From: a virus
Lineage: Duplodnaviria; Caudoviricetes
IMG/VR virus record: IMGVR_UViG_2886410390_000001
Location: 1 to 64,000 of that record
Strand: one strand, 5' to 3'
Length of the DNA stretch: 64,000 nucleotides
Shown here in pieces: positions 18,328 to 29,300 of the stretch. Position 1 is the stretch's first letter, and each line of letters begins with the position of its first letter. Below the pieces are notes generated by a model that was not told the origin of the DNA, ran no database searches, and saw only the letters and a list, made by a program, of their open reading frames with translations. The translations under genes and the position numbers were made by a program.

Positions 18328-19545
18328 GTGGCCGGCGCGCCCCTCACCGCCAACGAGGAGCTCCTCGAGCGCACCCTGGCGCATTCCGTCCAGGTGGAGC
18401 GCTACAAGGCCGGCGTGGTGCACCGGGTGGTGGAGTTGCTCAACGCCACCGAGGACAGCCTCGCCGAGCAGCTCACCGCCCGGCTGGAGCGGATTCTGGA
18501 CGCGGGCGGCTTCGACGCCGGGCCCGTCACCACCGCGCGGCTGGAGGACATGCTGCAGGTGGTGGGTGGCCTGCGCGCAGAGGCGTACGCGGCCGCCGCC
18601 GGCTACCTGCGCGAGGAGCTGTCCGTCTTCGCCGCGTACGAGGCCCAGTGGCAGACGGCCGTCCTGCGCGAGACGCTCATCGTGGAGCTGTCCGTGGCCG
18701 CCCCCACCGCGGAGGTGCTGCACGCGGCCGTCTTCGAGAGGCCCTTCGCCGGCGCCGTCTTCGAGTCGTGGGTGGAGTCCATGCCCGCGGCTGACGTGGA
18801 GCGCATCTCCCGCGCCGTCCAGGTGGGCATGGCCGAGGGACAGACGACGCAGCAAATCGTCCGGCGCGTGGTGGGCACGCGGGCCGCCTCCTACGCCGAC
18901 GGTGTCGCCGAGGTGAGCCGGCGCAGCGCGGAGACGCTGGTGCGCACCGGCCTCAACCACGTGGCCACCCAGGCCCGGGAGGAGGTGTGCCGGGCCAACG
19001 CGGACATCATCGAGGCGGTGCGGTGGGTATCGACGCTGGACGGACGCACCACGCCCGTGTGCATGGCGCGGGACGGGAAGACATTCCCGGTGCGCGAGGG
19101 CCCGCGCCCGCCCGCGCACCCCGGGTGCCGCTCCTCCACGGTGCCCGTCATCGACGGGGTGAAGCTGGTGGGGGACAGGCCCGCCGTCACCGACGTGCGC
19201 ACCCGGCGCCAGCGCGAGGTGGACTTCCGGGCGGAGGCGAAGGCCCAGGCGGGCGACGCGTGGGGGCGCATGTCCGAGAAGGAGAGGCGCGCGGCCATTG
19301 CCCGGCAGCGGGAGACGTGGGCGCAGCAGCACATCGGCCAGGCGCCCAAGGGGCTGTCCTACGAGGACTGGCTGCGCCGTCAGTCCTCGGGCTTCCAGGA
19401 CGAGGTGCTGGGGCCCACGCGCGGGCGGCTCTTCCGCGAGGGCGGCCTGCGCCTGGAGAGGTTTACGGACGCCAGCGGGAAGACGCTGACGTTGGAGCAA
19501 CTGCGCAAGGCGGAGTCCGCCGCCTTCACGCGCGCGGAGTTGTAG
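18328..19545 (+). CDS. Head morphogenesis / minor capsid protein (SPP1 gp7, Mu gpF family)
   Basis: LVRTGLNHVA, WVSTLDGRTTPVC..RDG, PPAHPGCRS. Confidence 0.9.
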   Translation: MAGAPLTANEELLERTLAHSVQVERYKAGVVHRVVELLNATEDSLAEQLTARLERILDAGGFDAGPVTTARLEDMLQVVGGLRAEAYAAAAGYLREELSVFAAYEAQWQTAVLRETLIVELSVAAPTAEVLHAAVFERPFAGAVFESWVESMPAADVERISRAVQVGMAEGQTTQQIVRRVVGTRAASYADGVAEVSRRSAETLVRTGLNHVATQAREEVCRANADIIEAVRWVSTLDGRTTPVCMARDGKTFPVREGPRPPAHPGCRSSTVPVIDGVKLVGDRPAVTDVRTRRQREVDFRAEAKAQAGDAWGRMSEKERRAAIARQRETWAQQHIGQAPKGLSYEDWLRRQSSGFQDEVLGPTRGRLFREGGLRLERFTDASGKTLTLEQLRKAESAAFTRAEL

Positions 19546-19582
19546 GGCTACCGGCCCTCCCGGGCCGAAGGAGACGTGGCAC

Positions 19583-20335
19583 ATGGAGTTCGAGTGGCAG
19601 CCGGAAGTGGACGCGCTGGACATCGTCCCCGAGAAGTTCCGGGGGCTGTACGCGAAGGGGGAGGGCGAGGGCGCGAAGTACACCCTCGACGCGGACATGG
19701 TGAAGCGGCTGGACAACAGCAGCCTCACCACCGCGCTGAAGAAGGAGCGCGACTCCTCGAAGGAGTTGAAGGCGCTGGTGTCCGCCTACCAGAAGCTGGC
19801 GAAGACGCCGGAGGAGGCGGAGAAGCTGGTGGGCGACTTGCGCACGCAGGTGGCCGAAGCCCAGAAGGGGAAGGATGGCGCGGCCACGTGGGAGAAGCAG
19901 CGCACGGAGCTCGAGTCCGGACATGCGAAGGCGCTGGGGGAAAAGGAGGCCGCGCTGGAGTCCATGCGCACCGCCCTCCACAAGCGACTGGTGCACTCGG
20001 AGGCGCTGGCCGCAATCACAGACGCCAAGGGCAGCGCGTCGCTTCTGTTGCCTTACGTCGAGCGTTATGTGAAAGTGGTGGAGGAAGACGGCGACTTCTT
20101 GGTCCGTATTGTCGACGCGAAGGGTGAGCCTCGCGAGCACAAGACGGGCGGCTACGTGACGACGCGAGAGTTCGTCGCGGAGCTCAAGAAAAACCCCGAC
20201 TTCGCTCGGGCCTTCGAGGGCACGGGTTCCTCCGGAAGCGGGATGCGACCGGGGGGCAAAACGGGCGGGACGCCCGGCAGTGACACGCTTTCCCCCTTGC
20301 AGCGCATCGCCCGGGGGCTGGCGGACAGGAAGTAG
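19583..20335 (+). CDS. Capsid scaffold protein
   Basis: Coiled-coil, Gly-rich C-terminus; immediately upstream of the capsid gene. Confidence 0.75.
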   Translation: MEFEWQPEVDALDIVPEKFRGLYAKGEGEGAKYTLDADMVKRLDNSSLTTALKKERDSSKELKALVSAYQKLAKTPEEAEKLVGDLRTQVAEAQKGKDGAATWEKQRTELESGHAKALGEKEAALESMRTALHKRLVHSEALAAITDAKGSASLLLPYVERYVKVVEEDGDFLVRIVDAKGEPREHKTGGYVTTREFVAELKKNPDFARAFEGTGSSGSGMRPGGKTGGTPGSDTLSPLQRIARGLADRK

Positions 20336-20499
20336 CCGTCCCAGGTTCGCGTGACGCGGCCTGAGGCACACCGGGCGTGACGCCCGGAGGCAGCCACTCT
20401 CTCCCAATATCAGACGTGTCTCTCGGGCTTCAGGCAGCCTTTGCCCGTGGCGCGTCCGCACGCCGTCATTTCCCTCTCGCCGAGGAGGAAAGCCTTTCC

Positions 20500-21417
20500 A
20501 TGCCTTCCAATCCGCTCATCGAAGCGGCCAAGCTGAGCCAGGACGACCTGGTCTCCGGCATCATCGCCAATATCGTCACCGTCGACAGGTTCTACGGCCT
20601 CCTCCCCTTTGAGCCGGTGGAGGGGCCTGCTGCCGTCTACAATCGCGAGAATGTCCTCGGCGACGTGCAGATGCTCGGCGTCGGCGGCACCATCACCGCG
20701 AAGGCGCCCACCACCTTCACCCAGGTGACGAGCGCGCTGAAGCGCATCGTCGGCGACGCCGAGGTGGACAACTTCGTCGAGGCGACGCACTCGGACACGA
20801 CGGACCAGCTCGCCGTCCAGGTGGCCGGCAAGGCCAAGGCGGTGGGCCGCAAGTACGCCAACCTCCTCCTCAACGGGACGGGCGCCAATGAGGAGTTCGA
20901 GGGACTGCTGACGCTGGCCAGTGCCGGCCAGACGCTCATCGCCGGGGCCAACGGGGCGACGCTCTCCTTCGAGCTGCTGGACGAGTTGCTCGACAGGGTG
21001 ACGGCGAAGGACGGGAAGGTGGACTTCCTGATGATGCACGGGCGCACCATCCGCTCGCTGAAGGCGCTCCTGCGGGCGCAGGGTGGCGCCGGCATCGTCG
21101 AGACGCTGGAGCTGCCGAGCGGCGAGGAGGTGCTGGAGTACGAGGGCGTGCCCGTCTTCCGCAACGACTGGATGCCGACGAACCAGACGCAGGGCACGTC
21201 CACCAACTGCACCAGCATCATCGCCGGGTGCCTGGACGACGGGAGCCAGCGGGTGGGCATTGCCGGGCTGCACGCGAAGAAGGCGATGGGGATTCAGGTG
21301 AAGGACATCGGCGAGTCGGAGACGAAGGACGAGTCGATTACGCGCGTGAAGTTCTACTGCGGCCTCGCGGTGTACAGCGACCTCGCCCTCGCGGTGGCCC
21401 AGGGCGTGAAGAACTAG
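20500..21417 (+). CDS. Major capsid protein (HK97 fold)
   Basis: GAGGA RBS; LPFEPVEG, YNRE, GDAEVD, FELLDELLD, RVKFYCGLA; 305 aa. Confidence 0.88.
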   Translation: MPSNPLIEAAKLSQDDLVSGIIANIVTVDRFYGLLPFEPVEGPAAVYNRENVLGDVQMLGVGGTITAKAPTTFTQVTSALKRIVGDAEVDNFVEATHSDTTDQLAVQVAGKAKAVGRKYANLLLNGTGANEEFEGLLTLASAGQTLIAGANGATLSFELLDELLDRVTAKDGKVDFLMMHGRTIRSLKALLRAQGGAGIVETLELPSGEEVLEYEGVPVFRNDWMPTNQTQGTSTNCTSIIAGCLDDGSQRVGIAGLHAKKAMGIQVKDIGESETKDESITRVKFYCGLAVYSDLALAVAQGVKN

Positions 21418-21507
21418 CCCGGCCGCAACCACGCCGGGGCGGCAGCCAGGTGCGGGACGAGTCCGCCCTGGCGAGTCCCCCGCGCAGTCCAACCACGCGC
21501 CCAGCGG

Positions 21508-22053
21508 GTGCTGGGCGCCTTCCATGTGGAGCATGACGTGACTTCAACGACTGGAAACCGACGCGCCGTGGACGTGGTGCTGGTGGGCCCCCGAGAGGGG
21601 CAGACGTGCACTCTCGCGGGCTTCGACTTCAAGGACGGAGTGGCACAGGTGCCGACGAATGCGGCCTCAGCCATTCACGTCCTCGGTAAGTACCACTCGG
21701 CGTACCCGCGGGACTCGCGGGAGTACGAGGAGGCCCAGGCACGCTGGGCGCGCACCCGGGCCGTGGGCGCCTCCGGGATGACGGGTGCCGCCCCCTCTGC
21801 GCCGGCCACCAGCGCGGACGGGGCGAAGGCCCAGGCCGTGGAGGAAGAGCGAGCGGCCGCCGAGGCGGAGATGGCACGCCTCCGGGCCGAGCTGCGCGCT
21901 GCCCGGGAGGCGCAGCGCACGGCGGAGGCGAAGCTCGCCGAGTCCGCCAAGGCGCAGGAGGGGAAGCCGGCCGGGACGCCGCCCGCGCCCCAGGAGGAGG
22001 CGCCGAAGGGGGAGAAGGGCGGTAGGGCCAAGGCCAAGGCGCACGGCGAGTAG
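21508..22053 (+). CDS. Hypothetical head-associated protein (start uncertain)
   Basis: FDFKDG domain followed by an Ala/Glu/Lys coiled tail. Confidence 0.6.
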   Translation: MLGAFHVEHDVTSTTGNRRAVDVVLVGPREGQTCTLAGFDFKDGVAQVPTNAASAIHVLGKYHSAYPRDSREYEEAQARWARTRAVGASGMTGAAPSAPATSADGAKAQAVEEERAAAEAEMARLRAELRAAREAQRTAEAKLAESAKAQEGKPAGTPPAPQEEAPKGEKGGRAKAKAHGE

Positions 22054-22081
22054 CACGCGCACTCCACCGGAGGACACCCTC

Positions 22082-22573
22082 ATGCCTCTCGACGCAACCC
22101 CGGGCGGCCCGGCCGCGGACTCGTACTGCACCGTGGCGGAGGCCGACGCCTACCACTCGTCGCGCGGGCACAACACCGCGTGGCGCACCACCGACGTCGC
22201 CGCGAAGGAGCAGCACCTGAAGTGGGCGACGCGTCTCCTCGACGCCCACTTCACCTACGTGGGGGCCCGGGCGAGCGCGGAGCAGGCGCTGGCCTGGCCC
22301 CGGCGTGGCGTGGTGCTGGACGGCTGCCCCGTCTCCTCCGCCAGCGTGCCCCTGCAGCTGAAGGGCGCGGCGGCCGAGTTCGCCTTCCGCCTCCTCCAGG
22401 AGGACTGGACGGCGGGCCTCGGCCCCGTGGTGGACGAGGGCGTCCAGGTGGGGCCGCTGCGGACGTCTCCGGAGAGGCACGTGCCCATTCCGGCCCAGGT
22501 GGCGACGCTGGTGCGCCGGCTGGTGCAGGGCGGCACGGCCGGCCTCGGCAGCGTAGAGGTACAGCGCGGATGA
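22082..22573 (+). CDS. Head-tail adaptor (DnaT-like phage family)
   Basis: ADSYCTVAEADAY, Q.LAWPR, LKGAAAEFA; GGAGG RBS. Confidence 0.85.
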   Translation: MPLDATPGGPAADSYCTVAEADAYHSSRGHNTAWRTTDVAAKEQHLKWATRLLDAHFTYVGARASAEQALAWPRRGVVLDGCPVSSASVPLQLKGAAAEFAFRLLQEDWTAGLGPVVDEGVQVGPLRTSPERHVPIPAQVATLVRRLVQGGTAGLGSVEVQRG

Positions 22574-22950
22574 GCGCCCAGGCGGACAGACTGGCCCGCA
22601 AGGCCCTCGAGCTGCTGAAGCGCTACGGCGAGGAGGCCTCCCTCACGCGCCACGTGGTGGGCACCTACAACCCCGCCGAGTCCGCGCCCTCGGCGAGCAC
22701 CACCTCGCACTCGGTGCAGGTGCTGGTGCAGGCCGACAGCGGGCAGGACGGGGACGCCCTGGCCAAGGGCGCGGCGGTGCAGGTGGGCCTGCGCAAGCTG
22801 CTGGTGGCCGCCAGCGGGCTGGCGGTGGTGCCGGCCCCGGGCGACGAGGTGGGGCCGCTGGAGGGGCGCACCTGGCGGGTGCTGAGGACGGAGCCGCCGG
22901 TGCAACTGCAGGGCACGCCCGTCCTCTACGTGCTTCGGGTGGCCTCATGA
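22570..22950 (+). CDS. Head closure / head-tail attachment protein
   Basis: GTYNP, P.PGD, W.V, LY.LRV; synteny. Confidence 0.72.
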   Translation: MSAQADRLARKALELLKRYGEEASLTRHVVGTYNPAESAPSASTTSHSVQVLVQADSGQDGDALAKGAAVQVGLRKLLVAASGLAVVPAPGDEVGPLEGRTWRVLRTEPPVQLQGTPVLYVLRVAS

Positions 22951-23396
22951 CTCTCAAGCAGACGGACTCCCGCGTGCGGCGCGGGGCCAGCTTCAGCCGG
23001 CAGGTGGAGTCCTTCGTCACGGCGGCGGCGGGGAAGGCGGGCCAGGTGGTGCGCAAGGCCGCCCTCGGCGTGCTGGCCAACGTCGTCACCGCGTCCCCGG
23101 TGGACACCGGCCGCTTCCGGGGCAACTGGCAGGTGGGCGTGGGCGGCCGTCCCTCCGGCGAGGTGGAGGGCGCGGACAAGGACGGCGCTGCCACGCTGGC
23201 CGCGGCGAAAAGCGTGCTGGACGGCGCCGAGGTGGGCGACACCGTGTACCTCACCAACAACCTGCCCTACGCCCGGCGGCTGGAATTCGGCCACAGCCAG
23301 CAGGCCCCGCGCGGCATGGTGCGCACCACCCTCGCCAACCTGCGCGAAATCCTCGAGGAGGCGGTGAAGGACGCGAAGGGAGGGGAGGGCACGTGA
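22947..23396 (+). CDS. HK97 gp10-like tail component
   Basis: SPVDTGRFRGNW, YLTNNLPYARRLEFGHSQQAPRGMVR. Confidence 0.88.
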   Translation: MTLKQTDSRVRRGASFSRQVESFVTAAAGKAGQVVRKAALGVLANVVTASPVDTGRFRGNWQVGVGGRPSGEVEGADKDGAATLAAAKSVLDGAEVGDTVYLTNNLPYARRLEFGHSQQAPRGMVRTTLANLREILEEAVKDAKGGEGT

Positions 23397-23815
23397 GCAC
23401 CGTCCTCCTCGACATTCAGCAGGCGCTGGAGCTGCACGCCCAGGCGGTGCTGGCGCCCGTGGTGGGACAGGCGGTGGCTTACCCCAACGTCCCCTTCACC
23501 CCGGCCGAGGGCACGCCCTGGGCGAAGGTGGACCACCTGCCCGCGCGCACCGCGCCGGCCGGCGCCGGGGTGGACTCGCAGACGCGCCGCCCCGGCGTCT
23601 TCCAGGTGTCCCTCTACTTCCCCTACGGGCAGGGGACGAAGGCGTGCACGGACGCGGCCCAGGCCGTGTGCGACGGCTTCAAGCGCGGCACCTCGCTGAC
23701 TCGCGGCGCCACCACCGTCCGCGTGCAGTCCGTCTCCCCGGGGCCCGGCGGGCGCGAGGACACGTGGTGGGCCGTGCCCGTCTCGGTGTGGTGGTTGGTG
23801 CACTCACAGGATTGA
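23393..23815 (+). CDS. Tail terminator
   Basis: VAYPNVPFTP, GVFQVSLYFPYGQG; directly before the tube gene. Confidence 0.8.
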   Translation: MSTVLLDIQQALELHAQAVLAPVVGQAVAYPNVPFTPAEGTPWAKVDHLPARTAPAGAGVDSQTRRPGVFQVSLYFPYGQGTKACTDAAQAVCDGFKRGTSLTRGATTVRVQSVSPGPGGREDTWWAVPVSVWWLVHSQD

Positions 23816-23846
23816 GCCGCCCGCGTGGCGGACGGAAGGAGAAGTC

Positions 23847-24995
23847 ATGGCTTCAGCTTCAGGGCAGCGCACGGCGGTGCGGTACGTGGCCGAGTCCGCC
23901 TTCGGCGTGGCGGCGGGTACCACCTTCAAGGCGCTCCGCTTCACGGACGTGGGCCTCAACCTCGCGAAGGCGACGTACCAGTCCAACGAGATTCGCGCGG
24001 ACAGGCACCGCGTCGACTTGCGCCACGGCATGCGCAGCGTGGGAGGAGACTTGGGCTTCGAGCTCTCCGTCGCCACCTTCGACGACTTCCTGGAGGCCGC
24101 GCTGGGCGGCACCTGGCAGTCCGTCACCTCCGGCGCGCTGTCGCTGGAGGCCGACGCGGACGGGGACACCTACCTTCGGACGGCGGGCAGCTTCCTCACG
24201 GACGGCTTCCTGCCGGGCGACGAGGTGGCGGCGAGCGGCTTCACGCAGGCGGGCAACAACGGCCGGGCCCGGGTGGTGGCCGTCACCGCCCTGGCCCTCA
24301 CCGTGGATAAGGCCCTCACCGACGAGGCCGCCGGTGCCGGCCGCACGGTGGCCCTGGTGGGCAAGCGGCTGAAGTCCGGCACCGTCCTGCGCACCTTCGC
24401 CGTGGAGCGCGCTTTCACGGACGTCAACCAGTACCTCCTCTACCGCGGGTGCGCGGTGGACGACTTCAAGCTGTCGGTAAAGCCGGAGGAAATCGTCACC
24501 GGCACCTTCACCTTCCTCGGCAAGGACATGGTGCAGGCGGGCGCCTCGCACGCGGCCAGCGTCACCCCGCCCGGCACGCACAGCCCCTTCGACGCCTTCA
24601 CCGGCAGCCTCATGGAGGGCGGGGCCGTGGTGGCCAACGTCACCAGCCTGGAGCTGGACGTCTCCAACGGCCGCAGCGTGAAGGGCGTCATCGGCCACAA
24701 CAGCCCCCAGGAGATTCACGAGGGCGGCTTCGAGGTGTCCGGCAGCCTCTCCGCGTACTTCAGCGACGCGACGCTCCTCAACCGCTTCCTCGACGAGGAG
24801 GAGTCCAGCCTCGAGCTGCTCCTCCTGGACTCGAATGGCACCGACTTCCACCGGCTGCGCGTGCCCCGCCTGAAGTACACGGGCGGCGACTTGGACAACC
24901 CGAAGGAGGGCCCCGTCGTCCAGACGCTGCCCTTCACCGCGCTCCTCGACGCGGCCTCGGGCGCCGCCCTCGTGTACCAGCGCAGCAACCCGTAA
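23847..24995 (+). CDS. Major tail tube protein (382 aa, with internal insertion domain)
   Basis: YQSNEIRADR, VGGDLGFELS, RTFAVERAFTD, VSGSLSAYF. Confidence 0.88.
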   Translation: MASASGQRTAVRYVAESAFGVAAGTTFKALRFTDVGLNLAKATYQSNEIRADRHRVDLRHGMRSVGGDLGFELSVATFDDFLEAALGGTWQSVTSGALSLEADADGDTYLRTAGSFLTDGFLPGDEVAASGFTQAGNNGRARVVAVTALALTVDKALTDEAAGAGRTVALVGKRLKSGTVLRTFAVERAFTDVNQYLLYRGCAVDDFKLSVKPEEIVTGTFTFLGKDMVQAGASHAASVTPPGTHSPFDAFTGSLMEGGAVVANVTSLELDVSNGRSVKGVIGHNSPQEIHEGGFEVSGSLSAYFSDATLLNRFLDEEESSLELLLLDSNGTDFHRLRVPRLKYTGGDLDNPKEGPVVQTLPFTALLDAASGAALVYQRSNP

Positions 24996-25046
24996 CCCCT
25001 CCCGCGCGGGCAGCCGCGCACCCCTCGCAGCCCCTGAAGGAGCACC

Positions 25047-25487
25047 ATGGACACCCCCGGTTTCGACTTGAGCAGCCTCCAGCAGCGCGACACCGTCACC
25101 CTCGACATCCTCCACCCGCTGACGGGCGAGGCCACCGGCACGCGCGTCGAGGTGGCGAGCACCGACTCCACCACCTACCGTGTGGCGGAGCGCGAGCAGC
25201 GCAACCGCCGCCTCCAGCAGCTGCAGCTCGGCAACCGACGCGTGGCCCTCACCGCCGAGGAGTCGGAGTCGGACGCGCTGGAGATGCTGGTGCGCTGCAC
25301 GGTGTCCTGGAGCGGCGTGCGCGAGGGCGGGGTGGCGGTGCCCTTCACGCCGGAGAATGTCCGCCGGGTGTACACGGCCTACCCGTGGCTGCGCCGCCAG
25401 GTGGACGAGGCCATGGCGGACCGCGCCCGTTTTTTCGAGAGCTCGCCGACGAGCTCCTCGGCTTCGCACGCCACCACTTCCGCCTGA
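25047..25487 (+). CDS. Tail assembly chaperone (G-like)
   Basis: Between tube and tape measure; FTPENVRRVYTAYPWLRRQVD. Confidence 0.85.
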   Translation: MDTPGFDLSSLQQRDTVTLDILHPLTGEATGTRVEVASTDSTTYRVAEREQRNRRLQQLQLGNRRVALTAEESESDALEMLVRCTVSWSGVREGGVAVPFTPENVRRVYTAYPWLRRQVDEAMADRARFFESSPTSSSASHATTSA

Positions 25488-25789
25488 GCCGGGAGGACGC
25501 GTCTGGCGTCTCGCTACGCGCGCACCTGCAGCAGCTCGCGAAGTCGACGGGGCAGGTGCCGCCCGCGCTGGTGGGTGAGCACTCCCTGCCGGAGCCGCTG
25601 GCCCACGTCTGGGCGTGGTTCTGCGAGCTGAGCAACGCCCGGACTCCGGGTGCCTTCGCGGTGGCCTCCATCTCCTACCAGGACATGGAGGCGTGGGCCC
25701 GGCTCACCGGCCACCGGCCCACCGCGGCGGAGGTGGCGTTGCTGCGGGAGTTGGACGCCGCATTCATTGCGTCCCTGCGAAAAGAGTGA
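25430..25789 (+). CDS. -1 frameshift extension of the tail chaperone (GT-like, about 247 aa fusion)
   Basis: T TTT TTC at 25430-25436 in the zero frame; the -1 frame is open to 25789 (WAWFCELSNAR, ISYQDMEAW, LLRELD). Confidence 0.85.
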   Translation, partial: FFRELADELLGFARHHFRLSREDASGVSLRAHLQQLAKSTGQVPPALVGEHSLPEPLAHVWAWFCELSNARTPGAFAVASISYQDMEAWARLTGHRPTAAEVALLRELDAAFIASLRKE

Positions 25790-25807
25790 CGGGTGGAGGT
25801 GGCGACG

Positions 25808-26218
25808 TCAGGGGGCGGCGGGGACGAGAGCATCCAGCTCAGCTTCGCTGCACTGCTCGCGGCGTCGAAACTCCGTCACCGGCTTGACGACTTCTTCCCC
25901 CGTGTCGATGTCGCGCACGGCGATATGCGTGTAGCCATCGTCGATGCGCGTCTGGATCGCGCAGTCGAAGAGGGAGAACTGCATCTTCAGCTCCGCCGCG
26001 TGTGCCGCAACATCACCGTGCGGGAGGCGCACGACCCGGACGAAGGTGGTGTTGTACCGGCCGGCCGTCTCCATGCGGAAGTCGGGGCCTGCGGACGTCT
26101 TGTTGTTCTCGCGGACCTCCTCCACCCGCATCTTCTCCTTCGCCTTCTCCTCGTCGGAACGCAGGTCACACCCAGCCACGGCGACGAGCAGGAGCGAGGA
26201 CACACATAGCGCACGCAT
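25808..26218 (-). CDS. Moron lipoprotein
   Basis: MRALCVSSLLLVAVAG-C lipobox; opposite strand, between GT and tape measure. Confidence 0.75.
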   Translation of the reverse strand: MRALCVSSLLLVAVAGCDLRSDEEKAKEKMRVEEVRENNKTSAGPDFRMETAGRYNTTFVRVVRLPHGDVAAHAAELKMQFSLFDCAIQTRIDDGYTHIAVRDIDTGEEVVKPVTEFRRREQCSEAELDALVPAAP

Positions 26219-26324
26219 GGGGCGAAGCCACCACATGCCCGGCGCCTCGTGCCACTACTCATGCTTTCAGTGCTTGGCCGGCTGTCTGCTTTCGCCGCGC
26301 CGCATCTCGTGAAGGGACTCGTCC

Positions 26325-29300
26325 ATGTCCGAAGGCGTTGACCTCGCCACGCTGTCCATCCGCATCGACTCGTCTGACGCGAAGGCGGGCGTGGAGTCCC
26401 TCACGAAGCTCAGCGGCGCCGCGGAGAAGACGGAGACGGCGACGAAGAAGGTGGAGACGGCCACCGAGCAATACCTGAAGGGGCTGGAGCGGATGGTGCG
26501 GGAGGTCGAGGAGACCAACCGAGCCCTGGAGCGTATGCGCACCGTCAGCAAGGACCTGGAGCTGGTGACGGCTGCGGCTGGAGGGCTTCAGGCCGCGCTC
26601 GGCGACACGGCGGGGCTCCAGCGCTTCAACACGCAGCTCGGCGCCAGCGACGTCGCCATGGAGCGCTTCCAGAAGTCCCTCATGGACACGGCTGCCGTGG
26701 GCCGCTTCATGGGGGATTTGGAGCGGGCGTCCCTGAAGCTGAGGGACATGCACGCGGCGCAGGAGAAGGCGGCCGCCGCCGTCCGGGACGTCCAGCAAGT
26801 CACCGAGGCCGCCGAGCCGCCCGTCACGCGCCTCGCGCGCGGCCTCGGCGGGCTGGTGAGCCAATTCGTGGGCGTGGCCGCTGCCGGCGCGGCCCTTCGC
26901 AGTGCCACCACCGAGGCCCTCGGCTTCGGGACGGCCATGGCGCAGGTGAGCACGCTGCTGGACGGGGAGCAGCTGAAGATGATGGGCACCCTGGCCGAGC
27001 GCGCGAAGGCCCTGGGCGCCGAGTTCGGCCGCATGCCCACGGACCAAGCGAAGGCCCTCTACGACATCATGAGCGCCGGCGCGTCGGACGCCGCGCAGGC
27101 CACCGAGATGCTCCGCGTCGCCAACCAGCTCGCCATCGGTGGCGTCACCGACGTGGGCACCGCGGCGGACGGCCTGACGAGCATCATGGCCACGTACGGC
27201 AGCAGCCTCCGAAGTGCCACCGAGGCGGCGGATGCCATGTTCGTCTCGGCGGCGGACGGGAAGACGTCCATCGAGGCCATCGCCCGCCACATCGGAAAGG
27301 TGGCTCCCATCGCGTCCCAGACGGGCGTCTCGCTGCAGGAGTTGTTGGCGGCCAACGCGGCGCTGACGAAGTCCGGCATCAAGACGGAGACGGCCATGGA
27401 GGGCGTGCGCAGCATCCTCGCACAGGTGGCCAAACCCTCGGAGGACGCGGCGAAGCTGGCACGTGCCCTCGGCGTCGACTTCACCACGGCCGGGCTGCGT
27501 GCCCGTGGCTTCGCTGGCTTCATGGAGCACGTCCGGGAGCGGACGCATGGCAACACGGAGCAGCTCGCCGTCCTCGTGGGAGGCGTCGAGGCGCTGCTCC
27601 CCGCCATGGCCCTCACCGGCACCGCTGCGGCGGACTTCGCCGCGTCGCTGGAGCACATGAAGGACTCCGCGGGCCGCACCGAAGTGGCCTTCAACAAGAT
27701 GGCCGAGACGCCGCAGTTCAAGTTGGACCAGCTCCGCGCGCGCTTTGCCTCTCTCCAGGTGGACGTGGGGGACGGCTTGCTGTCCGCCATGGGCCCCTCC
27801 ATGGACGGCCTCCTGCGCCACTTCAACGAGGTGACGACGGCCGCGCGCTACCTCGGCGAGGGGCTCGCGGTGCTGGCCACCGTGCGCGCGGCGGGGTGGG
27901 CCCAGGACTGGACGAAGGCCCTGGCAGACAAGGCGGGTGCCGCGCGCCAAGCGCGCGACGCCATGACGAATGCTGCGCTCGCGGATGCGGCGTACTCCCG
28001 CCGGGTGACGGAGAGCCGGGCGGCGGCACTGCGCAATGCGCTGGCCATGCTCCAGCAGCGCCAGGCCGCCCTCGAAACGGCAGCCGCGCTGGAGGGCCCC
28101 TTCACGGTGGCGCACACGCGCGCGGCCATCGCCTCCAACGCGCTGGCGCAGGCGAAGGTGAAGGAGGCGCTGGCCATCGAGGGGGCGTCCTTCGCGGCGC
28201 GGGCGGGCTCCGCCGCGCTCAGCGCGCTGGGAGGCCCCATCGGCATCATCACCACGGCCCTGGGGCTGGCGGCGTCGGCCTACTTCGAGTTCGGCCGGGC
28301 GGCGGAAGAGGCCAGCGAGAAGGCGAAGCAGGCCATCCGAGAGAGCGGGGCCGCTGCAGACCGGGCCAGCCAAATCATCACTGACCTCCAGGCCCGGCTG
28401 AAGGTGGAGAAGGACCTGACGAAGCAGCAGGAGGCCTACAACCTCGCCCGGCTGGAGTTCATCAACCTGGGCCCGAAGTACGAGAAGGCCCTCAGCGCTG
28501 GGACGGGCACCATGGAGGGCCTGCGCGCCGACTTCGAGCGCATGGTGAAGGCCGACCTCGTGGACGCGCGCTTGGAGCAGGAGCGCCTCAAGAAGTACTG
28601 GGCCAACATGGAGAAGGCGATTTCCGTTGATGCCAAGGGTGACACGCTCCACCAAACCCGGGAGGAAATTGTTGGCACCAAGAAGTACAAGATGCGCTCC
28701 GAGAAGGACCTGAAGCCTATCGAGGAGGAACTCCGGGCTCAGCGCGAGCGGGAGGTGCAGCTTCTCAAGGCGCAGCAGCGACTCGACGACGCGGCGAAGG
28801 CGTCCAACACGCTGACGGCGGAGGAGGAGAAGCGCGCGGCCGCCACGACGAAGGTGAATGCCGCCACGTCGCAGTCCGCCCAGTCCCTCCTGGACGACGT
28901 GAAGGCGAAGGAGGCGGCGGAGAAGAAGGCCACGGCGTGGCTGGCTCGGCTGGAGGAAGAGGCGCGCGCGCTCGGGAAGACGAAGGGCGAGGCGTTGGAG
29001 TTGAGCGACGAGTACGCGGCCCTCACCGCCGAGCAGAAGCGGCAGGCGGACGTGGCCATCGCCAAAATCAAGGCAGCGGAGGAAGCCAAGGCCGCGGAGA
29101 AGGCGGCAGCCAAGGCCGAAGAGGAGCGCACGCGCATCCTCCAGGAGTTGAACCGCGAGCTGGGCAACCCCGGGGCGGAGAAGTACGCGCAGGCCCAGCG
29201 CATCCTCCGTGAGGAGCTGGACCAGGGGCGCGTGTCCCTCTCGGCCTACCAGGCGCAGATGGCCAAGGCGCGCAGCCTCTGGACGGAGGAGGGGAAGGCG

